The notes below the pieces were generated by a model, which was not told the origin of the DNA, did not search any database, and saw only the letters and a list, made by a program, of their open reading frames with translations. From Strigamia acuminata (taxonomy: Eukaryota), in assembly GCA_949358305.1 (NCBI GenBank), contig OX442314.1, forward strand, positions 17,546,001 through 17,610,000: a stretch of DNA of 64,000 nucleotides. The letters run 5' to 3'. This document shows, in pieces, positions 1-14,800 of the stretch (within the stretch, counting starts at the first letter, position 1; the number at the start of each line of letters is the position of its first letter). A program made the translations under genes and the position numbers.

Positions 1-3000
1 TCAAGCATTAACAGAGCAAGAGGTATTGTACCTGGTTTTGTAATCTAATTTTGTTGTTCTTTAATACCAAAAGAGGACGCCACTTATCAAACGTAGCATT
101 TAGAAACTCTGAAAAAAAAATGCAGTTGATATTTTGCACACTAGATGTCACGACACACTAATCATTCTAACCAAAATAATAAAATAAAATACTCTTGCAT
201 TTAGAGGAAAAAGTTTTACTAAAATAAAAAATAAAAGAATTGAATGAATATACTGTTTCCTGCTAAAAATTAGTTTCTATTTTGTTTACTTATTCATTTT
301 CAATCTTTTCCGGCAAAATAAAAAGGGCAAAGTTGATTTCAAGCTTAATTTGACTTCTCTTCACGGCGAATTACTCAGACAAACTTCTCTCTGCTGCGTT
401 GCTTTTCCGTCCATTGCTTCCAGCAGAGTGAAAAATTCAATAATGACACTTATTCAATGTCGCGTGCATACTCCTAACTGCTATCATATTTTAGAAGAAA
501 ATTAAATTAGTTTGGCTTCTTTCCTAAAGTTTTATTTGAGGATATCAAAATAACGGTTGCAATACGGTTTAAAAAGCTTTAAAGAATACAGTAGTCTGTG
601 CTTTCACAAAATTTCCCAAAGGACTTGACATCCCGCCACCACGATATCAAACAAACACAAACAGCATTTCAGCAGTTTTGGTTTAAAAAAATTAAAAAAA
701 ATTAAATTGTCGCTGAATAATTACTAAAAAATCCATCTAACACTTCAAAAATCTTCAACATTTGTGCTGTATTTATCAAATTTATCCAAGTAACACAATG
801 AATGATTAAATATCACATCTAGATAGATGTGATGTTTAATAGATGCGATATTAAATCGATCATCCGTGCTACTGGGGTTAGTTCACGATTTTTTTATACT
901 GTAATAACTCTGGAAAGTTTGTTGATCAACATTAGCATTTTTAGAAGCAATATTTACGTTCACAAATTATCATTTAAAGTTTTTTCCACATTAGCTTTAC
1001 TACCGTACTACGCATGCATGACTAGCGGCTAAGCTCACCGAACACAAAACATTTTGTTATTTTTTAGTTTCGTCTAGAATGTTTCTTATTAAATTAAAAT
1101 AATTTAGCATTTAGTTTTAGATTTTCTTAAAAGGATAAAGACGGAAAACTAGTAAAAACCGCTTTGCTCTTGGGCATTGATAGATGGCACCTTTTTGCAC
1201 ATGCAGTTCTCGTTTCATTCGCTCAATACCTGAGTGAAGAAGACAGATGGGCCAATGCTTGTGCCAGCCACGTGTCTTCCATTTTTTTAAAGACAAGTAG
1301 ACAAAAGCTTACACAGTAAATTCAACCACCTCCAGCGTCGATTTACTCAATGGAGTGTCTGCTGCTACCATCACCATCTTCCTTTCTCTTTTATTACAGC
1401 AAAAAGTATTAAATCTCTTTATTCTATTTTGCACTAACGTTTGTGGAGTGCCCGTTTTGAAGTTATCAAAAACTTATAATTTTAATTTCACGGTATGACA
1501 ATAAATTATTGAATTATTCCACTATATGCAATTAACTCAGTCAATTCTTGCATAAAATTCATGTTATAATTAAAGTCTTCTCCTTTGGATGACATTTTCT
1601 TGAAATAATCGGTTTTTGAAAAAAAATGATGACTAGATCAACGTTATTTTTAATGTCACCTTTTTTTTCTTCCCCTGTGAGCCGTTAAATGAGAAGACCG
1701 TTTCTCTTCTATTGCTGCCACTTTGAATAAACTCGCTTACAAGAAATGAACGTTGGAGACGCACGGAAAATTTACTCAAGACGGGACCGATAATTGAACT
1801 ATAGAACAGTGAAGCCGGTGAATTCCGTTCGTTTCGAAGGTAACGCTAACGTAACATGGATGGAGAAATTATCTTAAATTTTTCAATTGATTTATTGAGA
1901 AAACAACGAGACGAAAAAGGAAAGTAAATTTGCTGAAAGGTAGACGGTGCGACATTTTATTGGCATTATTTTTTAATTTATTTTCATTCAACGGTTATAC
2001 TGCATAGTTATACATTTTATTGGCAGATTTTGCTTTGATGTGCATTAATTTTTAGGCATTGAAAATATGCAGTCTAAATTTTTGAAATTTGATGTTATTT
2101 TATAAACCAATCAACGATTAATTTTGTATTGCTGTGTTATTGGATTGGATGTATTGAACGTACGACCTTCGTACGTACACGCAACGTGATTGGTCAAGGG
2201 ATTACTGACCATCTATTTATGTCACTGTTGAATTTGAATTCATTTAATCATTCCTGATAATACAATTGCTAATTTATTTCTTTGGTAATAAATTTGGCTT
2301 TAAAGCTGTATTTGAAAATCTCTCGCGTTTCTCGTATTTCCGAACGTGACTCGTGCGTGTCTGTGTCTCAGTGCAGAGTGCACGTCAATTGTTTCCATTT
2401 CCTTGTTTCAACATGGCACCCGATTAAAAGCAGAATTACTACGGTACTGTAATAGACTTTGATCATTACTTTCTGTATTAAACATAGCTATATAACAAGT
2501 GATACTGGGTTAAGACCTCGTAAAAGTGTAAAATTGGAAGAAAAAAAAGACATTAAGAGTCTTAATTGTCAGAAGTAAATTTCCGTTTATCGGGTTTATT
2601 TCGTTCTGGGTTTGTCCCAAAGTAAATAAGAAAATAATCAGCAATCATACATATGATTAATACATTTTTATTTTCACTTGTGAACACACTAAATTAGACA
2701 CGTGCATTATTTAGATAATGAGTGAAACGTGTTTAATTTGAGCCACTGTAATTGACATTTTATTTGACATAGGTGCTGTCCAGGCCATTTGATTAATGCG
2801 GTAGTATTGAATCTTATGTTGCCATGTTGCAGTCAAAAGTTTGCAGGCGTCCTCATTTTGTATGCGTGTGAGTAGCTTTTCAATTATCATATGTTTATGA
2901 CTAAATCTTCATAAAAATTCATACAATTCATCAAAAGAAGAACTATGCATAATTTTTAAATTATACTGTATTGTCATCAATCTTGCAAGCAAATTATAAA

Positions 3001-6000
3001 TTAACCTTGTTCAGCTTCATTAGACATTGAAAGGATTGTGGAAAAATATGTTTAGTCACAGCGAAGAGAAAACCTGCAAAGTCATTAAAGAAAGATTAAT
3101 CTGACATGATATTGTGGGATTGATGCAGCATCAACAACAGCGAAACCTTGAAGTACTGAGAGCGTTTCATGATTTTAAAAGTATGGCTGCAGCAAGGCTA
3201 AATAACACAAAACGAACTTGAAAATGTAATACCCTTCAATCATTCGGTTTCGAAAGCTCATAAATCAGCCAAGAAGCCAAGAAGAAAGTAACCAAACCCC
3301 AAACTCGCATCTCATGTGTCTCGTCTTCTTTTTCATATTGTTTTTCTAATGTGTTTTCTTTGATGGAGTTCGTTTCTTATTGCAAAAAAACAAGAAACAA
3401 TTATTCAATCATTCTTAGTGTTATAACGAAACCAAAAAAAGTATACTCCGGCAAAAAAAAATCTAATTTCTTCTAACTGCTCCTTTGGGTCTGTTTTCCA
3501 ATTGCTTAGGAACTGGTCGTTGACTAGCATCGAAAGATTGCAAGAAAGTGCATGTCACCAATTTCACAGCACGTCCTATGCCTAAGTCCATTTATAGTTC
3601 CCCGAGGAGTGTGGTCGTGTCCAGAGCACTCCCCATTCGTGTGTACTTGAAAAACATACACATTCTTTTTAAGGTTGTTATGTTTTAGTGCTGCTATAGT
3701 TTAATGCATACATCTAGATAGTCCCGGAGCAGCAGGACAGTACTTTGTAACCATAGCAACTATTCAGATAGCTGGTCAATGTTAAGGTAGATGGCTAAAT
3801 GCCAAAATGGACCAATTCGTGCTGAGCTTTCTAGCAAAATTCGCCAGCTGCAAGTAATCAGCTTTAAGCATCTGCTTTGCCATTCACAAGCCAGGAAATC
3901 TAGAACTGAAATCTCAAGGTTGTGTGCGAATACTAACTTAATTATCATTAATTTAATTCTTAATTAGTACATTTTCTAATCAAGATGTTAGTCTGGAAGA
4001 AATTATAATAAGCGAGAAGAAAAGAAGTTATTTTTTGAGTTGGCAATGTTGAAATGAAATCGATTGCGAAATTTAATGTTTTGTAATAGAAACTGCACAA
4101 TTGTACACAAAACATTAATAATAAATGGTGTTAGTTGAATGTAATCTCTGCATCAACAACACAGCAGTTATCAGTTTGTGTTCGAAATCAATAACATCCA
4201 CCTACAAGCCACTCAACCAAAACCACAAGTGTGGTGAGAAGCGTTTCTCCTCAGTCTGAATAGCTAAACACTAAACTTTCTTGAATAGCAGCAATGCAAG
4301 TTTCTATTGGTATTTTTCAATAAGCTCCAGGTCAGATCAAGTAGCAATACGTTGCAATATTCTGTTTATTCCATCTGTTGGATTATTGGAAAAATGACGG
4401 AATAGACAAAAATCTCAATTGTACTTTTATGGATCACATTCTGACAGATATCTGGATTCATGTCATATCTTGGACATAATTTTTTTAGTATACAATGCAA
4501 CACGACACGACTGATGACTCTTCATCTCCAAAGGCACAAAATGCCATATTGAAAAAGAAAAAAAATTGCTTTTTATATATCGATTGGCTTAAAGGAAAAG
4601 TCAGCCCATAGGCCAAAGAACATAGCAGAACAGTCAATCACACAGAAGACAAAGAGCTGAAGCACACGCCATGAGATGGATTAATAAAACAAAAAAGAGA
4701 AAAATGCCAATGCCAAAGTCATGTAATCACTAGTAATGTCACGAGTGTTATATGGATTATCGATAATTTAGAGTGGTCACAGAAGCTTTTTCCTTTCAGC
4801 CACGTGAGACACAAAATGGGCAGTTACAGTCAACTTTGTTAAAGCGTATCACTAAAACAGTGAACTACAAATTTTATTTTATTTTAGCCCTCTTTAGGCC
4901 CGTTACAGGACCTTAAGCACCACTTAATTGCGTGTCGTCGTCGTTCCACCACTGACTTGGAAACCAATATTGCGGATTTGGAAAATGTTCGTTATAATAT
5001 AAACTGGTTATCGCTTTAAGCGGATTTGACATAGCGGGGTTTTAAAATCACTTCAAACTTTTCAAACTTACTAAGTAGATGCAATATTAAAGCTTTAATT
5101 TCTGAAAATAGAAGGCGCTTTTTATTTATTTATAATTAGGGTTTGACAGATAACATAATTATTCGATATCAAGTGATACCGATATCATGCCGATATTTTT
5201 GTAAAATTAATTTTTATTTAATACAACAGTATATTTTTTGCTGAAATGTACTGTTTTATTCAAAAAATAATTTATTTAAGTTACCCAGGTAAATTATTAA
5301 TGTAATTTTAAAAATGGTGCAGAGTTTGCACGAGTTTTTAAATCGTCTAGTCAATAAAACATGCAGATCTGAACATTTTATTATGTCGAGCGCATATTTT
5401 GTGAAACTCATCAACAACGTGTCACAAACTTTGCATCACAACGGCTGTGCGTTTGGATAAATTAGAAATATCGTATTGGCACCTTTTTTCTTCAATATTT
5501 TTGTAGTAGATAACTTAGGGAAAATAGGGGTGTAATAATATATCCCCAATTTATATTCATACTAACCAGATGGCTCTTCATCGATCTAAGATTAGACGAA
5601 GCTATAGAATGTGTATTATTCTAAACTTACTGTACATGAAGCAAGTACTTCACAGAGTGCATTGAGTTCGATAAGACAAGGGCCAACTAAGTGCTGTTTC
5701 AAATTGGATCGGACACGGAGCAATTGAGTCAACGGAGAGCATTACTAAGCAGAAAAAAAGAAAGCAGAAAGTGGAAAAAACTATCCCACAGTTCTCTCTC
5801 CAATTCATCGATCGAGGTAAGCTTCAGGACATGAAGAGTTACGAACTCTTCAGATGCAATGTGCCTTTTGGCCCAAAGCCTAAAAGCCCCCTTTTCAATC
5901 TTGCTACGCCGGCTTTAGGTTATGACCTGTATCGAACGTCCACCGGCAAAACCCCTCGAAAAACAATCAACTGGCGAAGAATGACCAAGAATTGCCTATA

Positions 6001-7016
6001 TAGAGCAACTTGAGCTTGAAGTCATCGACTGGAATTGCTGTCTGTTGATGACTAGTCAGCGTTAATTTATTGACTTGATACTCCTCATCTGTTCGCATAA
6101 CTGTGAGGGTTAGGGTTATGACCCGAGAGAAATGGGACTTCATTTAGAATGATTGAAGTGAATTCTTTTTTTTTATTCTTTTTATGTCATTGATTTTTTT
6201 CAAAGTGCATTTTTGGATTTTTGGATTTTTCTATTTTTATTATTCTATTTATCTATCTTTCAATAACTATGTCTGCCAGGGAAAATCGTTGGTAGACTAC
6301 TTGTTGACTGTTTTTTTGATATACAAACAACTACGTAATTTGAAAAGTTTGGTTCAGTTGATGTAAGAGCTAAACAAACAATTGGGATTAAACTCCAAGT
6401 TTTCCAAAATGTTTACAAAAGCGTTCGATTGAAAAGTTTTATTTACCAATAATTTAGACTTTGAGACATTCAACATCCGTGAGAAAATAGATACGTATGT
6501 ATTATAGCTTAAAGCCTACAGTTGAAATGTAGAGGAGGAGTTAATAACAATTTTAACAGTTGGAAGGAAGATTGATGTATGTCCAAATTCAGACTTTTTT
6601 TCATGTTTCAGGTGAGATTTGCTTTTGTAATTTTTTGAGAACATCTTTGATGGGAACGAGGTGCTCCTCTGAAGTGTGTGATAAGATAATTACTTCGTCC
6701 AAATAAACGATATTGCAAGAGAATGAACACAAGACCAAACAAGATTGGGTGCAACAAAGATCTAACAAGATTAACACGATTTAAGTTAAACTTTTTTGAT
6801 GCACTGTGATTTACATTTTTTTGTGTTAGATAACATTTTGTTTTAATATTAATACTAATTTTAATACTAATTAAACTTAGCTACAAGAGGTTGCCACACT
6901 GGGTCTTATTTAGAAAATATTAATAAGAGACTAATGTCCTCTCAAAACAAACACTTAAATAATTTATTCTGGGGATAGAATTATTTTAACACTATTGTGT
7001 TCAGATTAATTTATAA

Positions 7017-8013
7017 TGTGGATTGGTCGCTCCATTGTGGAGCGACCGAAATGAGCAACACACACCCAAGAATCACACAATGAAGTAAAGTCTTTATTCC
7101 CCCGGTTGCAATGGCAACCGGACTTAACAATTATTCATTACACATTCATTCATGATAAGCTATTATATAAAATACTGTTGTGATGGCAACTATCTAAAAC
7201 ACAACAAACACACTTTACATGAAATATTTAGATACATTCTTTGATATTTAAATTACACATTGACTATTTAAATTAACTAATATTAATAAAATGAACTGTA
7301 AACGAATGGAAAATGATATATAAAATGACGACGGCGATGGCTTGTCGACGTCGGTGTGTGTCGCGATGGCTTCTCGTGACGATAATCGATCAATTTTGGC
7401 CCGAAATAATTCGGTTTTCTTCACTTAAAAAATTACGGAAGATATTCCGAAATCATATCTCTAATTCTATTCAAACAGCACAAAAACAAACAATTCAGGC
7501 AATTCTTCTGATTGCGGTGGAAAGAATTCCTTATGCTGAACTGACGACGTGGCGACTTCAGGCAATTCGGGACCTTTCTTGGCTTGGGTGGCACAGTGAG
7601 CTCTGTAGGCTGCGATGATGTCAACTTTTGGCTTCTACCTCACCGGCGTTTGACAAGCTCAAGGCAAGGCTGTCCTCTCTGTTCAGTTTGACTGAGCAAA
7701 GAATAATTCTCACAACAAAGGATATTTGTTGCAAGAAAGTTTTGCATGTTTCAAGGAGCAATTTCTGGATGACTTTTCGTGATAATGGTTTGGTTTAGAC
7801 TGTCTTCTCAATCTTAGACAGGATATGCATCCTGTTGAGACATAGGGGCTTATAGGCCTGTTGCCCTGGCAACGACCTAATTGTTCATGAGAACCAACTT
7901 TGTTGGACAAAATAAAAAATAATAAACAGAAATAATTCTAATAAAATAAAATATATATTTCTAATAAATATTCTTATTTTTAGTTTCACCCTGGTGACCA
8001 CCAGGTCACCACA
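7017..8013 (-). mobile_element. Possible solo LTR (~1 kb)
   Basis: Bounded by TGTGG...CCACA. On the minus strand a TATA-like TATATAA (~7165) precedes AATAAA (~7095) near one end, which fits U3-R-U5 order. Short hairpins lie near both ends. The TSD is imperfect (ATAA/ATTA). Confidence 0.4.
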
Positions 8014-9279
8014 ATTAATATAACATTTAAGCTGAAACTACAACAAATACATATTAAGTTATTCATCATTTATTCTCACTTAATAATGAGAAGTGTAAGA
8101 ACATTTTCACTAATTACATCATCAGCAGGAAAGTTTGTAAACTTGCCAGCATAATTTAATATTCTTGGACTTGAGAGAAGAAAAAACATGTTTATGCAAA
8201 TGCTCAAATCAAATTAAAATAATTCATTACGATTTTTTTTTCTCACCTTAAGGCTGATGTGCAGTTTGAATTTAAAATGCAAAACTGCAACGTTTAAAAT
8301 CCAGCGAAAAATCAGTTTTTCCAATCACGCAATTTCTTTTTTTTTTTGATTGGAATGGAAGAAGAACGTCGTAGTCAAATGCCTTTGCACTGCACTGATT
8401 TTTCAAAAATTCCAACTGCATACCAAATGACTATAGATAACCTTCCCCGCCCACCCCCTCATTTTTTTTACTCCGAAATACTTCCTCATGCTCATTGATT
8501 CGTCTCACGTCGCACAGAACGACCCATTGAAAAGTCTAAAACCATTACACGACCCCCAACTTCAGATGGCACAACATACAGCGTCCGTGATGATGAGGTC
8601 TGCAGCTGACATCGTTCATTCAATGCCCTGGGTCTTCTCTTCCATATAAGCTTCTCTATTTCTGAAATTGCTCGTTAGAAGTATGACGCGACTGCGGAAA
8701 GAAATTCTTGAAACTTCTCAACCGATCCATTTATGTCAAAAAACACCCATGAAACTTTAAATCGATCCGAATTTATATATTGAATTTCCTACTCGAGCCG
8801 CATTCACATCATATCATGAGCCAATCGCAGTTGGCAAGTAATAGAATTTAAACATTCTATATATGGCGTGTATATTCCTCCGAGAATTTGTAGAGATAAA
8901 GTTTAGTAAACACTTTTTATTTCTCCTCTCGAAAAGGATCTTCAATCTAACATTTTCCCCTCCATTTCGCCACCCGTGGGCGCTAGAAAAGAGAGAATTA
9001 AGCCTACTTCCTTTGTTGCGCTGTTTTGCAGAATCCATCTAAAGAGCTTACAACCTTGAGTAATCATGCAAGAATTACGAAGCTGTCAAGAAAGTTTGTG
9101 ACATAATAATTGAGATGAAGTGAATTTCTTGATGGAACGTGGATTCATCAGGAGGTGAACTTTAACATTCAATACGGTTTTTGCCACGCTTGAGATTACC
9201 TATTAGCGCTCTATTTATGATGTAATTATTTGCTGTCAACATATATTATGCGTAACTTGATATTTACAATGGATAACCC

Positions 9280-9555
9280 CAGTGGCGGATTGGTAACCTC
9301 TGGGGCCCTCATCGTAGTTGGTTAAGTTGCAAAAAGTGCACTTTTAGATGGTCAGATGTCAGATCTGCTTATTTTCTTTTTAAATATAATTTATTTTTTA
9401 AAGATAAACGCAAATTTCAGAAAGAAAGCTAGTGAAAAAATTAATTTTTGATAAATAATATTATCTTTCTTAAAAAAGGACAGTTGGTCGGGACTCCGAT
9501 ACCTTTGGGGCTCCTAGGAACGTACCAAGTGTGCCTTATGGGTAATCCACCACTG
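9280..9555. mobile_element. hAT-type MITE
   Basis: TIRs CAGTGGCGGATT / AATCCACCACTG (11/12 match). Flanks gataaccc / gatagccg form a degenerate 8-bp TSD, the length typical of hAT elements. Confidence 0.65.
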
Positions 9556-10803
9556 GATAGCCGAAAGCCCCTTGGCCCGCTTGATGGTAATTCGTAAAGA
9601 TTATTTGGAAGTGTTAATTGCAATGTTGACCAAAGCTAAGGTCAACAACAAACTCTATTTCTATTGTACCGGTAATTAACATTATAAGCACGGTTTAAAC
9701 ATGTTTTAGTTTCCTAGACTTCGTGTTGACAGTGCCCAAACTATGTAAACATTATATTTCGATATGTAAGACACGTGTTTCCAGTTTATTGGATTAATGA
9801 ACTGACGACATTCCATTTAATTTCACTCGATGCTCTCAAGAGTGTAATTGTGTCTGCTGAGGCTTTGCTCATCGCCTCGTGAATGTGGACGTTTCGAGAG
9901 GTTTATAGTTACGAATTCCCATAGAAATATTACGGATAGACATTTTTAAAACTGTGATATCTTGAAATTAATTTCTGCTTTATTATACTAACGACCAGGT
10001 ACAAACAAAATTGAAATGTGGAAATAAATTGTCCAATCAATGATTTTTTTTGAACAATTTTAAAAAATATAATATAATTTGAATTTTTACTTGACAATAT
10101 AAATTTTATGATTAAATTTTACTCGAGGAACTCCGATGGGGTGGTCGTGATTTTATCATTAACAAACTTCTTTTTTTTCAAACAATCAATAATGAAACCA
10201 TTAGGAAAATATGGCAACTAAGCTTGGCAATGAGCTCCTCGGTAATCTTAATCTCCCTTGGTAAAAATAGAACATAAAAGCAATTTGAAATTTACAAACT
10301 TCTGGAGCGCTTTCACCCAATACCCACAAGCTTTTGCTTTTAATTTCTGCCGTGACTATAAAATTCCACTTTTAATATTAACAGAATTATTCAATACACC
10401 TTAAAAGAATGAAACTGAAAACTAAAAAGTCGACAAGTTTGTATTCATTGAACAGTAGGCGCATTCATAAAGTAATTTAGAGACTAAACAGCATATTTAA
10501 AACTGCTTGTCTCGATTTAGTCTGTTTTCTGTTTTCAGTTTTGAGTGGGCAAGCGCACGACATTTAAACAACAAAACACGTTTAACTGCAAGTTAAACGT
10601 GACTTTATGAATGCGCCTATTAAAACTAGACGACGTGACAAACGAACACAACCAAACTGCAGCGAGCACGATGCGTTTACTTTGCTCATCCATCTCTCAT
10701 CCAAATTCCAAATGAAGCATAAACAAGTAAATAGCACGAAGATTCTAACTCCTCCAGTGGCGATATACTCGCATGAATGGTTCGCACACAAGTTGCTTCA
10801 TCT

Positions 10804-11802
10804 TTAGACCGCATCCGGAGGCGTTTCCCACGTCAACAGCTGAAGACTGGTCGAGCAAGATAAATCACCCGCTGTCCCGTAACAAGAGACTTGGGTATCC
10901 GCACGAGGACGCAACGTGGAACTATAGATTTTAAGCATCCGTCCGTTACACGTGTACGCCACCGCCACGAGCAAGCCTTGAATGCTAAATAACAACTGGA
11001 AAAGCATCCAAACGGTTTGAATTCCGCTCGTGCGGGCGCCCAGTCCGCACAACCACACTGTGGCCGATAACGCATAAATCTTCACGTAAAGCGATAGCTG
11101 CACATAACGCCGGTTTCGCCATTTTCGACTCCGTTTCCTGTCGATCAACATGTCCGATACGCATTTGATGGTTATGGCTGCACGAGTGGCGAAAACTGCC
11201 ATGACGACTGTGATGAATGCCAATGGTAAGGCGAAGGCATACGTAAGAACTTCGGTCCTGGATATCCAGCAGTTGTCGGGCGGCACCGAGAACTCCTGCA
11301 ACGCTACGGCGAGACACGTGCAAACGCAGGGAAAACCCCAAGCGATTAGCGAGTAACGGCAAAAAGTACACACGCGCGCAGATGTCTTGTCGCGCACACA
11401 CAGATTATTGTCCTTTGACATGACGTAGACGTCGTGTGTCATGGCTGTCAGCCAGGTGAAGACGGATAAACCAAGGCCATGCAACGAGAAAACCAGTCCC
11501 CAGCATAAGTGATTGTCACGTAGTTTTTGAACGCCCACGACAAAGAGCAACTGAAGCAAAAAAAGGGCTGCCAATAGATTCATCAATGTGGTGCCGGCGA
11601 GAGAACGCACGTCCGAGAAAAGGCTGTAAGTGATAAAAGCGAATATGAGTCCTACTAACGATAAACTGTTGGCGACCACAGTGACGAGGGAGAAAACTTC
11701 TTCCTCCACCACATTGCTATTAGCCACAGTTAATCCGGCGTTTGTGGTGGCGTTGACAAAAGGAAATGTGATTGTGGAAGGCTCCCTGTCGTCTGAAGCC
11801 AT
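10804..11802 (-). CDS. 7TM G-protein-coupled receptor, secretin/adhesion/Methuselah-like (7tm_2); whole 7TM region in one exon
   Basis: 332-aa ORF with seven hydrophobic helices and family-B-like motifs (SLSLVGLIFAFITY, MNLLAALF, C..L....H..L..F.W, YSLIAWGFP, NCWI, LFSIQGL). A splice acceptor (pyrimidine tract + CAG) lies 4 nt before the ATG, so upstream exon(s) probably exist. Confidence 0.85.
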   Translation of the reverse strand: MASDDREPSTITFPFVNATTNAGLTVANSNVVEEEVFSLVTVVANSLSLVGLIFAFITYSLFSDVRSLAGTTLMNLLAALFLLQLLFVVGVQKLRDNHLCWGLVFSLHGLGLSVFTWLTAMTHDVYVMSKDNNLCVRDKTSARVCTFCRYSLIAWGFPCVCTCLAVALQEFSVPPDNCWISRTEVLTYAFALPLAFITVVMAVFATRAAITIKCVSDMLIDRKRSRKWRNRRYVQLSLYVKIYALSATVWLCGLGARTSGIQTVWMLFQLLFSIQGLLVAVAYTCNGRMLKIYSSTLRPRADTQVSCYGTAGDLSCSTSLQLLTWETPPDAV

Positions 11803-14800
11803 GGAACTGGAAATAAAGAAAGAAAGAAAGCAAAGTTTTAATGAGATAAAACACGCATTAGAGATACTCTTTCTTCTTAAAGATCGAGAAATCTCATCAT
11901 TTGCATGAGTGGCTCTTGAGGGGCCTGGAAGAAACGACTAGACATCTGCTTTTATTTTACGCCACATTTACTTTTTCTGGTTTACACCGAATGATTTAGA
12001 CAAAATATAACTGAACAGGGCATTTGATGACCTTCAAAACACATCTGAATGATAATAATAGTTCATCATATTGAATCGGGGATGAAATTACGCGTGTAAA
12101 ATTCACTAGGAGTAATTAGCATGCAACTGTAGAATCAAGAGTTATTGGTCTATAAATTGTCAGTGGAAACATTGGAAGTTTAACACATGCACGGTTACAT
12201 CAAAATAAATTTCACCAGCCACACACACGTACATACATTTAAAATTCAAGCGCTTTGCGGCAAATTTTCCATTTGCACAATTTCACCCCGGAGATGTAAT
12301 AAATGAAGTGAAAGAAAAGCGTGAAAGTAAATCCAACTTTTTATTTGCTGTACAAATAAATAGTCTTATATTCAAGCAGAAATTTGAAATACGTAATAAC
12401 CAAGTATCCAAACTAAAAGTGCAGTGCAGTGCAGTTATTTTAGCTTCGCTGCAGCACTTGACGCAAAAATGTAGATTTAAATGAAATGACTGTAAATTGA
12501 GATTTGAATTGAGTTCCAGCCGTCCGTGTGCCATTGATTCACAGCTTTATGCGTGAAAGTTATAAAGGGGGGGAGTGTTGGGGGATTGGGGGCTAAAATG
12601 ATTGACGGATTATAGTAAATTGAAACAGCTAAAGGAAATTTTTTCTTGCGAAATTTAATTAATTCACGCTCCATTAATCTAGTGTAATTTGATTAGAATA
12701 AATTCCAGCGAAAAGTTTGTTAATGAGCTTTTCATAAATGTTCTCTGGAGATTTTTGAAACATCAACAAACATCCATTATCGTGTTACAATTTTGAAATT
12801 CATTCATTGATGAATAATTTTTTTATAATGAGTAAACAGATGATGGGATGATAATTTTATTAAAATTTTATTTAAATTCTTACTAAATAAACACCAGCAG
12901 TTTGCAGGCTGTAATCGCGATGACTGATGCTTAATTCAAGCCTCAAACTACCCGTTCCTTCTTGAGCAAACATAAACAATAAATAATTAACAGCACAACG
13001 CGCTAATTGGCCTAGCAGGGTTGATAAGAGGGCTTACTCCTGTCTCTTCTGGCGCTAGGGATTAAACATTGTGTGTATTTGTGGAGTTTTTGTACTTCCT
13101 TTTCACTAAAAATGGGAATGGAAGTTTCATTACAATTTTTTTTCCCGTTGAAGAATGAAGATGATAATCTAGTGCAACTATTATAATACTATAAAAAAAT
13201 ATTACCACTGTTTGAGGTAAAATGTTTGTGTTTATTTTATCACCATTTATTTGCGTTGTATTTGAGTTGTTGTGAAAGTTTGTCAGATAACACTAGATTT
13301 GGAGAAAAGGACTCTGGAAACTGAGGTTGAGCAATTTGGCGCAGTTAGTTAGCAAAAGTTTGTCCTATAACTTCAAATCTGTACAAACATGTGCAATAGC
13401 CTGCACAGTTTCAAGCTAGTACCCAACCTTTGCCTAACGAGCCAATTTTGGTTTTTTGTATGCAGAAAAGAATGTTCAGTTTGAATTTGGCATCAAAATT
13501 CCGGACGCGGACTGTTGTCTGGAGTTTGGGGGCTCGTAACAACTTACAAATTAAACTTCTACGTGACTAAGAGGTAGGTTTAAAATTCAATTTTTGTTTT
13601 TTAAAATCACTAAAAGTTGCAGCAAAACAGTAGGCTGCTTTAATGCGGCTTTTGCTTTAGTTAACATTTTACTATTTTAGTCCGTACAAAAATTCGGTGA
13701 TTTTGTAAAATTTCGTATTGTAAGAAGCAATTCTTTTTTGTTTTAGCGAGGATTCTTTGAGGAAAACTTCGGATTTATTCGAATTTATGCTGAATTTTTA
13801 TTACTTTTTTATCAAAGGTTCATTTTCAAGAACTCCGAACGAACATTAACCGATCGTATCTGTCTCTGATGCCTTCTGCAACCAAGCAAACCACTCAGCA
13901 TACTTCATCCGGCGCTATCAGCGAACTAACCCCAACGGCCGAACCGAAAGAGTGCGGAAAAGAAGGATGTGAAATCAAACCGCCATTTTTTTTAAAGGTT
14001 TATTGGAAAACCATTTATTTTTGACATTAAATTGTAGTTTAGACCCTAATTAGTAATTAATCTATAAAAACATTTCAACCGTAAAGTTTTAGCAACTAAA
14101 AAACGATTATTTTTAATTCTAATTAGTTCATTTCCTGACATTTATTGACTAAAATGCTTTCCCGGAAATTAGGAACGAGTCTGTTTCGTATTCCAACTGA
14201 AACTAGTTGGTTTTCCATCCTGACTGAACCACTCGGCAATAACGTTTGCTTTTCTACCTTTACTAAAATAATGTGGTGATGGTGACGGTTGATTTGAACT
14301 AAACTAATTCATAATTCATATCAAATTCATTATATTTATCAGGCTGCACAGCTGGAATATTTTCCCAAAGATAAGCAATCGAAACGGACGGCTTTTTTAG
14401 TTCAGGGATCAATATTTTGGAATTACTCAACATTTCCTGCAAAAAGAAAAGAAAAAGAAAGAAAACCTGGAAGAAAAAAAATAGTGCTCACCAAGCAAAA
14501 GTCTGTCCTATCAGTGTAAAACACGACTTTGAATATTGTGAACACGCATGATCGCAACTCCAGTATTAACTGCCTGTATTGGTTGACTGCAGTTGCCACT
14601 TGATTTCATCAATTTATAGGCAACACGGAATCAAAATAGAATTCGAATTTGGACGAAGAAAAAAAAATGATGAGCAAAAATAAAAAAGAACTAAAACTTA
14701 AAAATGAGATATAAAAAAAAAAGTTTAGGCAATAAATCCTCATCCCATTACAGATTTACAACGCACCGCTGCGTCGTTGACTGGGCAAACTTTTCTGCTC

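Noticed and set aside
3000..6050. Patches with coding-like composition that could be decayed transposase relics
   Set aside because: Multiple stops and no diagnostic motif identifiable without a homology search.
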